Origin: Sarea resinae
Lineage: Eukaryota
Direction: 5' to 3'
Length of the DNA: 64,000 nt
Assembly: GCA_026026165.1 (NCBI GenBank)
Contig: JAPEUD010000097.1
Location: 1-64,000 of the forward strand
Position 1 is the stretch's first letter, and each line of letters begins with the position of its first letter. This document shows positions 13,221 to 27,634 of this stretch, in pieces. The notes below the pieces were generated by a model. The model saw nothing but the letters and a program-made list of their open reading frames with translations, did no database searches and was not told where the DNA came from. The position numbers and the translations under genes are program-made.

Positions 13221-15240
13221 TGAACTATAAACTACCGAATTTCGAGCCTAGGAGTTGATCAAGTCCAGTGCAACAGTAAGGTAGGCAAGGTATGCAACTC
13301 GTGAACGGGGATCCTCTTCGCAAAAGTATATTGTCAAGCAGGAGGTATGCCATGAGCAGCAGGCTCGTTCATCGGACCCGAGTGTTTGATCCTTTGGGAG
13401 AAGTGGCGCGGCAGCTCAGAGCAGTTGCTGGAAGGGCACAGTCATCTCGAGAGTGGGTAGGTAGGGAATGGTTGTATGATTCCGTGGCGGTAACACCTCT
13501 GGTGAGTACCTAGTATCTATCGTGTGTTCTGCCGCTGCGAGGGAATGGATGATGCTAGGGTCTCGCCTGCAGGAGCTCACCGCGGCTGGCTGAGAGACAA
13601 GGGTTGGAAGCCACAGATGGGACGACAATGGTGCCAGTGGTAATCGTGGTGATGGTGATGGTGATGGCGATGGTTGATCAAGGTATTATTAGTGATGCTG
13701 GGGAAGTCATCTGGATCAAAGCCGTGCGTGGTAGTAGTGGGAGAAGGATGCACGATGAAAAGAAGGTGAGGGGCGTTCCTCCCATTGAGGATTAGTACTC
13801 CGTAGCCACGGTATTGTTCTGATTAGGTAGTGCTGATTAGGTAGGTGAGGCAGGTGGTGACCTTGGGGAGCGATGAGGAGTGGAGTATGGAGTAGACGTA
13901 GCAGACGTAGCAGACGTAGCAGTCGTAACTACTCCGGAGTAAGATGGATGTGGTCGTTAGCCCTTGACTCCAGCTGTCTGATGCTCTACTACTACTCTTC
14001 GATACGAGGACGGAGCCATGCTGAGTGTCGACAGCAAGACTGCCCCCCAGCTGCTACGACAACCACTATCAATTACGACACGATCCTCTGATGCACAAGA
14101 GCAGCAGCGGCAGCAGCAGCAGCAGCAGCTTACGACGATGCGCAGGACCGCTCGACTCAGAGTACCGACCATGAGTACACCTGGAACGAGCTCCCCTGGC
14201 GCTTGGTGTCATTATCGTCTGCTCGACTACGGAGTGCTCCGTCCTCGGTACACGTTCTGGTCACGATGCGTGGGGGGCGGACCGGGTAGAGATACCTGAT
14301 AGGTTGTACCTTATCCGGAGCTGCCCCAACCGAGTTTCCCACTTCCTCGTTTCCGAATCAGGCGCTGGGACGTTCCACTCTGGCAACAGAGCACCATCCA
14401 GTGCGAATGGAAGTATTCGTGCCTGACGTTTTGGCTCTGATGCTCTCTCCAACTCGCCCGCAGCTGTCCAGGCCATTAGCTACGATCGAAAGTGATACTG
14501 ATACCTGCCTTCGGTTACCTCGTGATGCAGCAAGCGCTGCAAATTCGACAGAGCACCCAGGTACCTCTCATCTCGGGCTTACCTCACGTACACTCCGCCT
14601 CGACGATCGGCAACGCCGTCGACCGGTAGGTCAGATACTTTAGGTATGGATACAGCTGGATCAACGGCACAGTGGCCAATCTCGTATTCGCATTGGAGAC
14701 CCGTGCTCTTCCCTGGCTGAGACGACTTTCAGAGAAGAGGATTCGGGAAAGGCCTGCACTTGCTAATCTCGGAAGAAATTGCCCATCCATTTGATCTCAA
14801 AGACGTACTAGAAGAGGGGAAGAGTACCTAGCGAGGCGTGCTGCATCTTTTCAGCCCAGGCTTGTCATCAGAGGGGAAGCGATTACGGACTTCATGAGGG
14901 AGTCGCAGCTATGATCCCCTGAGTCGCTTCCTTTTGACGTCGCCGTTAAGAAAAGGGGTCCAAGAACGATACACTGTCGTCGAGATGTAAAAGTAGAGCA
15001 TGTAGCTTCCTCGCGTGGGGAGAATGCAACTTGCGAACGGGTTGCACGTGCACATATGATATCCAGCGTTCATCAATTGATATTGATTCAATTCAGATCG
15101 AAGCCGAGACGAGTTACAAATGCAAGCCATTTTCATGCATTCCATTGCATTCAATCCAGATCATCAGTAGCTGAACCGAATTCCTTTCCATACAGCACAT
15201 CCGTCAAGCCGACTCCACCGTCCCCATCATCATCGTCAAT

Positions 15241-15976
15241 CTATGCCTCCCTAGGTGGGATCCGTCCCCGGCCGAAACCACCACGGAACTGAGGAGCGAA
15301 TTCGCCAGGAGCACCACCCTCTTTGCCCTCACCCTGGTCACGTCTCCGGTAGCCACCCTCCCGGTCACCACGGTCGCCACGGGGACCACCACGGCCACCA
15401 CCACGTCTCTCGTCACCACCGAGCATACCCCGCGGCGGTGGGTGCGAACGTTGCTGCTTGATGTGCGTAGCGGGCACGATCTCAGCGGGGAGGTGAAGCC
15501 ATTCGCGAAGGTAGTCGAGGCCCTCGGGGGTCAGGGTGTAGTAGTACCATTGCCACGAGAATTGCGTCTTCAGGTAGCCGCGGGAGGTCAGCGATTGGCA
15601 GGCCTTGATGACCTGTAGTCAAGATAATCTGTATTAGCAGTGTTTCGAGGGGATATGGATGGTGCTATCCGGAATTCGTGATGTGGGTGGGGTATGGAGG
15701 GAGCAGTCGTACGAAGAGGTTCTTGGTGTCGATCTCATTGTGTTTTGGGAGGTTGAAGTCCTTCTTGGCCACGAGAACACCCTCTGAATATCAAGTCAGT
15801 CCACTTATCCCCACTCTGCGTCCTCTTGTAAGACCTGGCGAGGATATTGCCAAACATACCGCGGAAGAGGTACTCGTGGATCTTCTTGCGGTCAGCCTTG
15901 GGAATGAGCCTGCAGCGATGATTAGTTTCCAGTCCCCATCATATCATCAGGATTCAATCGTAGTCGAGACGTACAT
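15241..15976 (-). CDS. RPS10: 40S ribosomal protein eS10
   Basis: [16 protein letters not shown]...[42 protein letters not shown]; the start ATG is split by intron 15974-15910; two further introns. Confidence 0.97.
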
Positions 15977-16430
15977 GATGGCGGCGTTACTCGATCGTCG
16001 GGTTGCCGTGTGATGTTGGGGTCGATGCTCGTCGTCGCTGTCGCGGTCGCTGGCGCTGGCTGGCTGGCTGTTTCAATGTGAATTCGTAAATTGGGTCGAA
16101 GCGAGGTGCGAGAGGGTTTGCAGCCCTTAGTCCTTCAGCCGCATTGAGGTACAGCGAAGAGGCACTCTAGGCCTGATTAGGATCCTCAAGATCGGGCTCT
16201 AAGCGAAAGAAAGTGATGTGGTTGGATGGGCTTCTACCGTCTACCGTAGCAACTCCCTTCCCTACACCTTAGTCAGCTGCGCCACTTGATTATCATCTAC
16301 TCCAGATATTCATCTCTCCATCTCCTCTGAAGCATAAACCTATCCATCTACAACCAAACCTCCAAAGTCTGCTCACCACTTCGACTACGCAACAGTGCAA
16401 AGAGGCGTAGCTTCGAAGCCGGCCACGACC

Positions 16431-17342
16431 ATGGCAGCGCCTCACACAATCAACGTGCTCCTGACATCCTTCCCAGGCCTCGGCCTTCCACCAACCCTCT
16501 CCCTTCCCATCCCCTCCACCTCATCACTTTCGGACCTATCCTCACAACTCCTAGAGCGCCTCCCTCAGATCACCAACAGCCGACTCATCCTCACCACCTC
16601 ATCAAACAAGCAACTCTCCCCATCGTCGCCAAGTCCGCTCTCTAGCCTCCTCTCCTCCCCCAACGATGCCATCCTTCCCCTGCGTCTCTCCGCGCCCCTC
16701 TGCGGCGGCAAAGGTGGATTCGGCTCCCAACTGCGCGCAGCAGGTGGGCGAATGTCTTCGCGCCGCAAGAAGAACCAAGGCGAGAATAACGGCTCCAACC
16801 GCAACCTCGACGGGCGCAGACTTCGCACCGTGAACGAAGCGAAGGCTCTAGCAGAATACCTAGCGTTGAAACCGGATATGGAGAAGAAGGAAAAGGAAGC
16901 AAGGCGCAAGCGGTGGGAGCAGGTGGTTGAATTGGCCGAGCGGAGAGAGGAGGAGATCAAAAACGGGTCGAAGGGACGCGTGGATGGGAAATGGGTTGAG
17001 GACAAGGAGGAGGCGGGAGAGAGGACGAGGGAGGCCGTGCTAGCTGCTATGAGATCCGGAAACTACAAGGATAACTTGTTGGCTACCTCGAGTGGAAGTG
17101 GGAGTGGAAGTTCTGGTGGTGGTTCTCCGCGAGAGAGCACAGGTAGTGAAGAGGATGAGACGGAGGCGTTCAATTCGAAGGAGACAACGCCACCTTCCTC
17201 ATCTTCTGAGAAGCCGAACGCTGTCGGTAGTACGTTCTTTGGATTCGACGAGGATGATGAATTCATGAGTGACGACGAAGACGAAGAGGGGGATGAGGAT
17301 GAGGAAGTCGAAGTGGTCGGCAAGGGTAAAGCCAAGGCTTGA
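16431..17342 (+). CDS. SDE2: Sde2 (ubiquitin-fold precursor; splicing/telomere-silencing factor)
   Basis: [21 protein letters not shown]...[11 protein letters not shown] signature; single exon. Confidence 0.93.
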   Translation: MAAPHTINVLLTSFPGLGLPPTLSLPIPSTSSLSDLSSQLLERLPQITNSRLILTTSSNKQLSPSSPSPLSSLLSSPNDAILPLRLSAPLCGGKGGFGSQLRAAGGRMSSRRKKNQGENNGSNRNLDGRRLRTVNEAKALAEYLALKPDMEKKEKEARRKRWEQVVELAERREEEIKNGSKGRVDGKWVEDKEEAGERTREAVLAAMRSGNYKDNLLATSSGSGSGSSGGGSPRESTGSEEDETEAFNSKETTPPSSSSEKPNAVGSTFFGFDEDDEFMSDDEDEEGDEDEEVEVVGKGKAKA

Positions 17343-18410
17343 GTGATGCCCTTATCAGTTCGGCGTTTGGGTTGGAGCAACGGTGTCTGAAACTTTCGCA
17401 TTCCGGTATCTGTAGTTTCTGGCAATGGAGGAATGGAGGAACACATGAGAGCAGAGGTCGCTCACCAGGAGTCACTGTTGTTTTTCCTGCACAGGCATAT
17501 GTCAGACATTATATAGATAATCATATCAATTGAATCGAACAAATCAATCAAATGCAATTCCAGACGTCTGATATTGTATCGTATCGTATCAATCATATTT
17601 CGCTACATATGTCCGTCCAGCCCATTCCAGTGCGGGCTTATCTGATTTCGTACATTTCAACTCTAAGTCCCCCATCCCCCGTAAAGAGCACGAGTCATCG
17701 ACCGTATCAATCTCCATGCCTACTTAGCCTTCTGTTCCATATCATCCCGTTCCTTTTTTCCTCCAAATATCTCAACCATCCTCAATAACCGATGAGCGGG
17801 CCTCATCGCATGTACATAAGCCTAATTCAACTCTCGTCCCTCCCCCCATCCCATCCGCCGTCCGACATTGTATACGAGTCTTTTTGATACGGAAACAAAA
17901 GTGGAAGTGAATAAGCAGACGCGAGATGTTGTATCAAGCAGAGAAAAGGACATAGCAAAAGCAAAGGCCATGTCCGATAATGGTATCAGCGATGTGATGA
18001 TAGATGTCCCAGAAGCAGTTGAATCGATGCAACACTGGGCAAAGGGCCGAAGGCTATGCGATGCCACGAGCAAAAAAAAAACCAAGCTTTGTGCACCGAG
18101 CCTAAGAGGAAATGGAAAATGGACAATCCGCATGAAGCCTTCTCTAGAGACAAAAAAAAAACTCCTTAGGATGCGCCGAGATTCTCCCCAGTGTAATGAA
18201 TAAGATGATGATGAACATGGAAAATAATAGAAAGAGAATGCTCCCTTTTTTTCCTGTGCTGCCTGCCCGCTATAAGCTTAGCCAAGCTACGCCGAGAAAA
18301 TAATCAGATCCTCGGAAAGGAAGGTATGGCCCCGTAATTTTCCAATGCTAGTTCAATGAGAGCCGCGATCAAAGGGTGTAATTGGAGTTCCTCATCTTCA
18401 GAGAGAACTA

Positions 18411-21400
18411 CTACCAGAGATCTCGGGTTAACGCTGCGCCCTGGCGATGAAACCATGTGGTGAGCTTCTTCCTCTCGCCGATCGCCGCAGCGGAGCCACC
18501 ACAAGGCTCTTCGAGACAAATACTACGCTCGTAGAGCTCATCATCATCCTTGGAGAATTTTCCATCCAGAATAAGACCTCGGACCTCTTCGTTACGCGTA
18601 ATGTTAGGATAGGGTGTTGCTTGGCTCCTCTGCATCTCGATAACCACTTCTCCCATCACCTCGAATTTCTTCCAGTTGATTCGCTTGCCGCCTTCGCCGA
18701 CGAATGTACGGTTGCCGTGTTCCGCGGAGACCAGATCTCGTCGGTGAAGGGGCAGAAAAGGTATTCGCTCTGTAGATGAGTTCTCCCATGCGAGTCGATA
18801 GGCGAAATGGCTTCTTTGAGTGCCCATCAGTATTTCAAGTCGCATGAAGTTCTTCTGGGCGGCGGGCGAAACTAGCTCCCGTGTTTGCGATAATCTATGA
18901 ACGGCAGTACCATTGATGCCAGCGATGACGGCTCCCAGAGCGTTATAATTGTTCAAGTGACGTAGTTTCTATTTCACTATCAGCCCGATTCTAGAAGGGG
19001 GGGTTATTTTTTGCGCTTACCCATGCAATCCATATAAACTTTTCCAAAGCCTTCGCTCGGTGTTTGGGCTTGTCGCGCAACAGTATCACGTTCGTCACCC
19101 AGTATGCCACATGATTGAACTGGCCAATCATCCGATTGACGTATTCAAGACTCCGGCACTTCTCTTTCTCCTCGGCCCGTAGACTCACATGCCTGACGAG
19201 GTCCCTAGGGCGAATTGATGAGTACAATATCCAATCTATTCGTGTCAATTCCCGTGCAATCTCTTCGTCGGGAATAGCCATGAGGTTGCGCCATTGGGCC
19301 TTTCCAAGTGGGACCTTTGGCATCGGAGCCAAAAGTCGGGCTTGACGTTGGGCATTCTCTAACGTATTGAGAAGTGTCTGGAAAGAAGCACTGGATATGC
19401 TAGCTGACCTTGTGGCGGAAGCATATTGAAATGGGTCGACCGAGCTCCGAGACGACTTCGTATGCTCTTCACTAAGCTCGAGGCTCGACATGCTACCTTG
19501 GAAAAGCTCTTCCGAAGAGAGGCTGGCGTTCAGGGTCGCCGACGAGCTTTGTCGAGAAGAGTGGTGACTTGGTGGCTCGGGTTCCTCAGGACCCCCCTCC
19601 TTATCCCTATCAGAGCAACCCCAGTAGGTGTCATCATCTTCAACAACCGCTCCCAGGTGAATAGTCAGCTCCTTGACTGCTACAGCGAATATGCTGTTGC
19701 TTGCCAGCGAGGTGACAAAGTCCTGCAGAGCGCGGCGGGTTCGAGAATGGGCAAAGTCTCCAGGATAGTCTGCGATCCATTGCACCAGTACTGTTACATA
19801 TCTCAGTTGGGAGCTGATGCAATCCAACTTCGGTGTTGCGCCGTCTTCCAGAGCCTCGAAATGCCTTATGATCGAGTCTAAGAGCTCCCCTGGGGCTGCA
19901 AACATTCGGTAGAGACATAGAAATTCTGCCACAAACTTCGAATCCGCTTTCGTCATGGGAAGGGCTAGTAAACGATCGACTAGATCCTCGAAGGTAAAGC
20001 CCACGCAAGTATCACGCCGTCCAGCACAACGTTCAGTGCACGCCTCGCTCTCTTCGTCTTGGCCTGACGCGGATTCGACATCGCGAAACTGGTCTTCGCG
20101 ATCCTCATCCATATCTAGAAACGTATTCATTCCAGCGCTATCGACAGAAGTGGTTGGCAGATGCTTCGTTTTGTGCGCTGTTTCTGCCAAGCCTGGTCCC
20201 GATGGCCAGTAGTGAGAGCTCTCGGAAGACGATCGAGTCCTTGCTCCCCTCTCGTTTTGAGACATCCCAAGATTCTTTAACGTCGATGACGGTAGCGTGG
20301 CTGCAGGGCCTTGTGGAAGCGGCTTTGACCGACCATTGGTGCTCGGTCCGTGATGAGAAGGTGTAGGAGGTGCAGATGACATTTTGAGGAATGACGATGA
20401 AAATTCGGAACTTGCTCGACTGTGTTTGCTTTGTTGGCTGATAGGCCGTAATGAGAGTCTGAGTTGTTCTGTGTTCACTATGAATTAGCAGCGGAACATG
20501 GCAGCGAGATCAGACGGACCCGCTCGGTCATTCAGACCGCATGCGTATTGCCAATAATGCATGGCGATCTTGCTTTTCCGCGAGATTGCAATGGAGAACG
20601 AAGACTGGGGACAATCATTTTGCTCACGCGCGTGCAGCGATTCGGAGATGAAGAGGTCACTCACCCCTTCTCTTACATATCGTCTTTAAAAGTATCGATA
20701 TGCAACGCTTCTGACTATCATGAACACTAGGAGACGGTGGAAATGTTTCGACACCGGCAAGTGATGATCCGACCTTCTGTATGAGCGCTGGATCTATCTG
20801 CCAAGACTCTCGTGGCTCGTCGCATCTGCATGGGACTAGCACGCATGGTATCGCTGCTCTGGACAATGCATCTGATGGGCGGGCAGTCAGTCAGTATTGG
20901 ATTCGACAATATAGGAACTTGTCGATGGCCTTCGTAGAAGTGCCCAGGACTCGGCTAGCGCTGGATTGAAATTTGGCTATTGACTCACTAAGATCTTCGG
21001 GAATTGGGCTGATGCTTTTGGGATCGGTCACGTCGTAGAGAACCAAAGCCCCGTCAATGCACGGGCCCTCCGGACTCAAGACGTATTTCGACCAGCCCGA
21101 TCGCTCGTCGCCATTGATCTCAAGGCCTTCTAATCGAAGCTCCACTAGCCTGACCACGTAGATAATGCCATCCATGGACATTTTCCTCACGGATGCTGGG
21201 GAGCTGGGCAGTTGTCGAAGGTTTAATGCTTCCTTGATGAAAGTCGACTTCCCAACACCAGCAACGCCGAGCACGGCGATTGTTATTTCCTGCATTGGCC
21301 GAGAATTTTCGACCTTATACTTTGGGAAGAAATCAGCGCTCGAGTCCGTTAGAGAGAAAAAGCCGTCCAATGACATTGCGAGTGGACTGTCACAGTAGCA

Positions 21401-21867
21401 GTCTAAAGACGTTATTTGCTTACCTCTGACACGACTCCAACGTCTCGGTGATGGCCTCGGGTGCCCTTCTGCCCTGCCGCTGAGTCTTGACTGTGTGAGG
21501 AACGTTCAGAATCATCGGTCGATGCGTAAGACTCCAATTCTTGAGTCAACTTCATGGATTGCGGTGATTGATAGCTTCGAAAGAATGGATCGTCTCGAAT
21601 GGAGTTGGTCGAGTGCCGGTACTCGACGCTGCGTCCAGGCTCCCTTGCACGTTCGGGAGGGATGTGTGAAACGGCCTGGCGACTCTTGGGGAAGAAAGAT
21701 GACGGTTCACTTAGGATGGGCCGTGCGGCCGCCGTTGTCGCGACGCCAGCCGAGCAGTAGCCATCACGATGAGCGGAAGGGTTGTTTGGACGACCTGATG
21801 ATGCGGCGATCTTCGAGTGTCTCTGCTGGGAAGTGGTCGTTCGTGGCATTCCTGCTGACGGGGCCAT
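18411..21867 (-). CDS. RasGEF (REM + CDC25 domains) with N-terminal Ras-like P-loop domain
   Basis: AVLGVAGVGKSTF P-loop; FEDLVDRLL..FLCLYRMFAAP (REM); IARELTRID, LNNYNALGAVIAG, IPFLPLHRRDL, INWKKF (CDC25); several canonical introns; start codon inferred. Confidence 0.88.
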
Positions 21868-24800
21868 GATGCAGGCGGAGAAGGGTGGTGGAGGTGTTGG
21901 AGGTGGTGGTGGTGGTGGTGGTAGTGGTAGTGTACTCTCAGTGGTTGAAACACCCGTCCGAGAAAGGGTGCTGGGGCCTGGCCGAATCGAGAGATATCGT
22001 CGTGTAGTCTGACTGACGCGCAGTCCGAACAATCTGGCAGGAAGTGCTTGCTGCTACACGCCGGCGGTGGTCTGGGTGCAGTGCAACTTGGTCGTCCCGG
22101 GCCAACAGCAAGACAGCACCGGGGCGGGCAAGGCCTGCGCGAAGAGAAGTGTGAAATACCTGCAGACAAGGATCGATCAGGGTCCTAAGAGAGGAATGCC
22201 CGACGACTGCGATCTCTGATCCTAGCCATGGCAGTCGGGAATCATGTAGGATGGGAAGAAGTAGATATGTAGGGGATTAGTAGGTAAGGTAGGCAAGGTC
22301 AAGGGATGAAGCTATGTAGGCCTCTGTGTCTCTGTCTCTGTCTCTTGTCTCTCGAAGATCGATTCGATGGATCGATGGATCGATTGATTGAGGGCTGATG
22401 GATTGGATTCCTCTACGGGAGTACTTCGTACGAGCGAGTCGTGTCTCTCGGGTACATCCATGTACCGTGGACCTCTGCTTCCTCGCTCATGCACGCCTCC
22501 CCTTAGGTACCCGACCGCCTCGAGTACTTCACGCAGGATACATGCCCTCCAGGGCTTCCTCTCTCTCGTGCCACGCTAGGTACCTACTTCCTTCCGTTAG
22601 CAACAAAGGATCGATCGCCCGAGCACCCCGTACCAGCGATGCGGTCGACAATACAACGGAAATCACATGGATTGAGCCATGCCGTATGAACCATGAACCA
22701 TTGATCGCCTCGTTGCTCAATCCATAGTAGACTGGACCCGAACGCCGCAGGTAGGGCATGGTCCGAAGTACTAGCGATGAGGGATGAGGCATGTTAGGTA
22801 AAACGGGTCCGGGATGCTGCTCAGGCAGGTTAGTCCGCGCTCTATGGATAGATACTAGATACTCGGGATCGATTGCCCGTGGACTGGACGGCCGTAGTGT
22901 ATTGGAAGATTGGGGGTATCCGATGGTCAGGTACGAATGGAATACCTGGTGAACGGGGGCGCGGATGGTTGATGTTTAGTTGTTGTTTGGTGCGGGAGTA
23001 GTACGAAGTATGTAGTACTCTAGCTGGACTGTGTGATCCCGCCATGAACCCACGTCGTTGGCGGAGCGCAAACCACCACGGTCACCTCCACTGTCACCAC
23101 CATGGTCGCCAATACTGTCATCACTAAGGTATTACCTAGCATTTAGTAGGTAGGTAGGCAAGACAGGTAATGTACCTACCAGGTAGGCGATGATAGAGGA
23201 CAAGGAACCCCTTCGACTTGGAGCCCTGGCAGCCTCCCTAAGGTACGCACAGAGACGACGAACACCCAACTTATCAGTGTCATGATCATCATTATCATCA
23301 TCGTTATAATCACCAAAGCAAGGTAGCTATTGCACAATCGTTCTCGAGCGGTACCCTGGAGTTGATCGATTACCTACTCTACATAGTACCTAAAGTATTC
23401 GTCAACTGAACTTCTCAGCAATGGGCGATTGGGCTTTCCAACAGGGCCATTTAGCATAAAATCGGCTCCAGCCAGGTCGCTGTGGTTGTACCCGTGCAAG
23501 AGGTACCCTTGGAGATCTCACGAACAGTGATCCATCCTCCTCCTCGTTTCCTCGACGGAGTACTACCATAGTACTGCAACTGATTGACCACTGCGGTTGT
23601 CCACTGCCCCCCTTCGCCAAGATGATGATACATCTCCAATCTCCCAGCAGATCAGTGCATATATATTTGAATCCGTTGTTCGTGATTGAGTGAAATGCAT
23701 TTATTGGATTTGATTGAAGCGGGGAAAGCTTCAGGAGCCTGTCGATCTCTCGTTTCCGATGCTGCATACCTACTGTACCGGCCGTATCACCTCTCTCCCT
23801 CAAATAAGGTAACTAGTAGGTATGGGAGGTATGGAGGAAGAAACCCCAAGGGCATACTTCGTACTTCGTACGAGCACCACGCCCGGACGCGCAAGGCTGA
23901 CGGCGAGACGGATACATATCTGGTACGAAGCTTGGACTTCGCATATCCCACGCAGAAGAAACAATTCTGTGCTCCATTTCGCTCAGGTCGGATGGAGACA
24001 TCATGCCACTTTCCATTCTCCGATATCTTTCATTATCTTCGAATAGCTTCATCGTGTTGAAATTGCGACTTATTAGGTTTGACCGAGTCTCCGATTGCCC
24101 ACTCTCGAGCCTCCTAGCCAGCTGACGATCATCGCTGGTCGAGATAAGACAACTCTGATAGACATACATCCAGGAAAGAGGCCCGACTGGTGGGATGAGG
24201 GGGCACCTTGAGCGAGCTTCTACTTGGTCTCCATGGTCTACATAGTCTAAACGGCTTGAGCCCCGTGCGCACGTCCCGAAATGAAGCTCTGATCTTTTCG
24301 ACGTCGGAGGCTTATGGCTCTTCGAGCTCCCTAAAGCCTCCTGGGCTGAGCAGCTTGCCAAAGCGAATCTGGCCTCTGGCCGCTCGCTGGTGGACGGTCG
24401 CCGTTGCACGGACGTTTTTGTGACTTACCTGCATGAGCGTTACCTTGTAGTGGTCGTCCGGAGCCTTGTCTGGCATTTTACCTTGCTTCCCTACCTTACC
24501 TCGACCTACAAATTATCTTCTTCTCATCCCATCATCCTATCTCATATGCGCAAGGTATTGATCGTTTGCGATCATTCACTCGTGGTCTCGCGGATTGCAA
24601 CAGAGGCGGTTACGCGCCTTGCCCCGGATCGTGTCTCGTCGGATGCTGCCGTGCTGACTATTTCCCTTCCAACACTGCAGCAACAACAACGACAACAAGA
24701 ACAACAAGACGACGACGCTTGCCTATGCTTTACCTCGTACCTGCTACTGCCTCGCATGCTAGAGTACCAGTGCGGAATTAGACAGACAAAAACAGAGACT

Positions 24801-27634
24801 ATTCCTCTCTCAGACCTCTTGGTTTCCGGACTATCAAATGCCCTATCGTAGTGCCGTGCCATTGGGTTGAGGCGTCTTGCCGATCGGCTCCAGGGCCCCC
24901 CGGGGTCGCCAAGACCCAGTCCGACGCGCTTGGTCCTTTGACTGGCTCTGCATTTGCATCCGTCATTTCAATCTGCCCTGGTCGAGATGTCTCGGCCCTG
25001 CCATGCTTAGAGCCTGGACCCTCAAGGGAACATGAACACATTCGGCAAAGGCCCGAGCGAGTAGTCGAGGATCATTCCTCGCGGCGAAGCGGACCAAAGA
25101 CAAGGACGTCGCAGATTTTCATCATGCTCAATTGCCTCATCAGCAGATAGTAGTCGACGAGCAAGTCGGTAGTCGGTACCTTTAAACGACGGATTGTCGG
25201 ACATAAATATGGTGCCCCGGAACATTTACACCTTCTGGGGTAAGCTGAATAATAGCTGATCGATTCTCGTTCCTGGATCGACAACTTGGCTTGGCCTAGA
25301 GGAGGTGCCTAAGGAACCCTCGGACCTTCATAAACTTGGGAGCGACTGACAGGTTTGCAAATGGTTTAGCTCCAGCTGCTGGAGGGTTCCGCCTCTAAGG
25401 TAGGGGCGGAGACCGAGGGCCCTTAGCCAGCAAATAGCGTCCCGGACCGCAGGGTCGCTGTCCAGCTATGAAGTATTTTGTACGAAGTGCCTGAGCCACT
25501 GTGCGTGCCTGAGATCCATGCGAAGACACAAAGGCCACGCCCCACTAAGGAGTACTCCGTACCGTACAGGTGGATAGGAGGTAAGGTACCTTAGTAAGGC
25601 AGGAATGCAACCTTGGAAGCCAGCAAGCCAGCAAGCAAGCAAGCAGGCAAACGAACAGCCCTGAGCCTTCAAATGTTGGAAATGAACCCCAAATGGCATC
25701 CGTGCGCTGCTACTCTACTCCGGAGTACGATGATAGTAGCACGGCACAGGAATAGAACAACTGTGAATCAAGTAGAGTCAGGTAGGTAGATGGTAGTATG
25801 GAGTACCCAGTCACCCACCTTGCTATACTACTAATATGAGGTACCTACTACTCCGGTAGGTAGGTATCTCTTACATAAGCCGATGAGATTCAATCGTTGA
25901 CTTCCATCCATCAGCAGAAGATCCATGGATGGTCAAATGTTTACCGATTAGCCGGAGCCACGACAGTCTTCACGATGTTTCTATCAGAGGCTGTAGACTG
26001 ACTCCAGACCTGGCAGCTGCGGTTTGCCACTGCTCCGAAGGTGTATTCGATCATCTGCGAGGCGCATGCATCTCCTCGAGTTCCTCGAGGTCATGTTCAC
26101 CCAAGGAGACTCATGTACTCCGTAGTTCCACTTCGAATAGGCGCGATAGCTATGGCTTAGGCACGACCGCCCCATCACGAACCGCCTCCATGACGGCTGA
26201 TCCATATCGTGCCTCGTCAGAAGGCTCGGCTCTGGTTTGTTTTGTTTCGCATCGTGACTTCGTCGAGCCCCGGATGGGCTTCTTCTAGCCCCAGGCCCTC
26301 AGCTAAGCAATCCACAGCAATATTCATCAAACGACCTGAAGAAGGCAAGGCGGGTCCGGTAGTCGATTGTCCGGCTGTACTGGTCGTATGTTCTGGAGGC
26401 GGCGGGGCGAAAAGCATCCCCTCTCTCGTTAGCGTTTTGCTCGCTTCGCTTTGCTATTTTCTCCTGTCAGCCGGGGCGAGCCGGATATGAACAACAGCCC
26501 TGGAGGCTGGAGGTCAGGGACAGAGATCTCGATACTCTCGCGATCACCGATGTACGATCTCACGTATGTTGTACGACGTCCCTCTAGACCTTCAGGCCTC
26601 GGATAGCCATCAACGCACGCACAAAGCACGGCAGAGGAATAGCCATCATCAGTCCCCTTTACACTGTACACTTTACACGACTGGGCCTACTGGGCTCTCT
26701 GGGTCTCTGAGTCTCTGGGCTTTACTGGATGGATCTCTCGTCCTCGCCTCCGGGTTGATGGCAGTACTCTACGGAGTACATACCTCGAATCACATCGATG
26801 GTCGCTGTACCATGTCCTGTCCTTTGTGTGGTGCGTCCATCTCTCTTTGAGCTGCAGATGGGCTCTCTCAGCTGACAGGAGATGCACCTCTCCCTGATCT
26901 GTGAGAGTGGGAAGGCGCAGCCGTCGATGCAGACGGCCGGCTTTGCAGTCCTGGGCGGGCTGGCGTCTTTGTCGTGTGATCGATCGATTTGGTGATCGAG
27001 TACTCCGAGTACATCGTAGTGCTGCTGTCTTCTGTGTGGATTTCCTGATTCCCTCGTCCTCAGTGGGCAGACATCCGATTAAGTTTCTCTTCGGCGAGCC
27101 CTGACCTCGGTTAGCTTCGCTAGCTCTCCGCAACGTCTTTTTCCCCAGACCGAAGGCGGACCGGGCAGGGGCCACGAATCATGAGAGTGGTCGCGCTGAT
27201 TGGACCAAGGCCGGGGATTTGCTTCATGCGTCCATGGACGAAAGGGCCGTCCACTGCGCAGTACAGCCCAAGCGCGAAAATACTGCAGTCTTCCCCGTCC
27301 CTTTTGTTCACTTGCCGTCAAGCGTTGCTCTCTTGGGTCACCCACACTGGGGCAGAGTGGGTTTTTGTGTGTTTGTGTGGGGAGGATGATGTGACCTGGG
27401 CCCTGTCTTAGCCTCTTTCGGGTCTAATGGACGCTCTTTACCGCCTCGAACGGACCAGGTGACAGCATCCCCCTGGGTCTTCTTGCTGCGCTTCGCATCT
27501 ACTGCTAATCCATGATAAATGATGGCCTTCCCGGGGCGCGTGCTAAGTCGAGTAGCTACCGCGTACGGCTTCGAGCGTCCACAAAATAACGGATTTGATC
27601 CTGAGCAACCAAAGCGTGTGATTGAACAGTGAAG

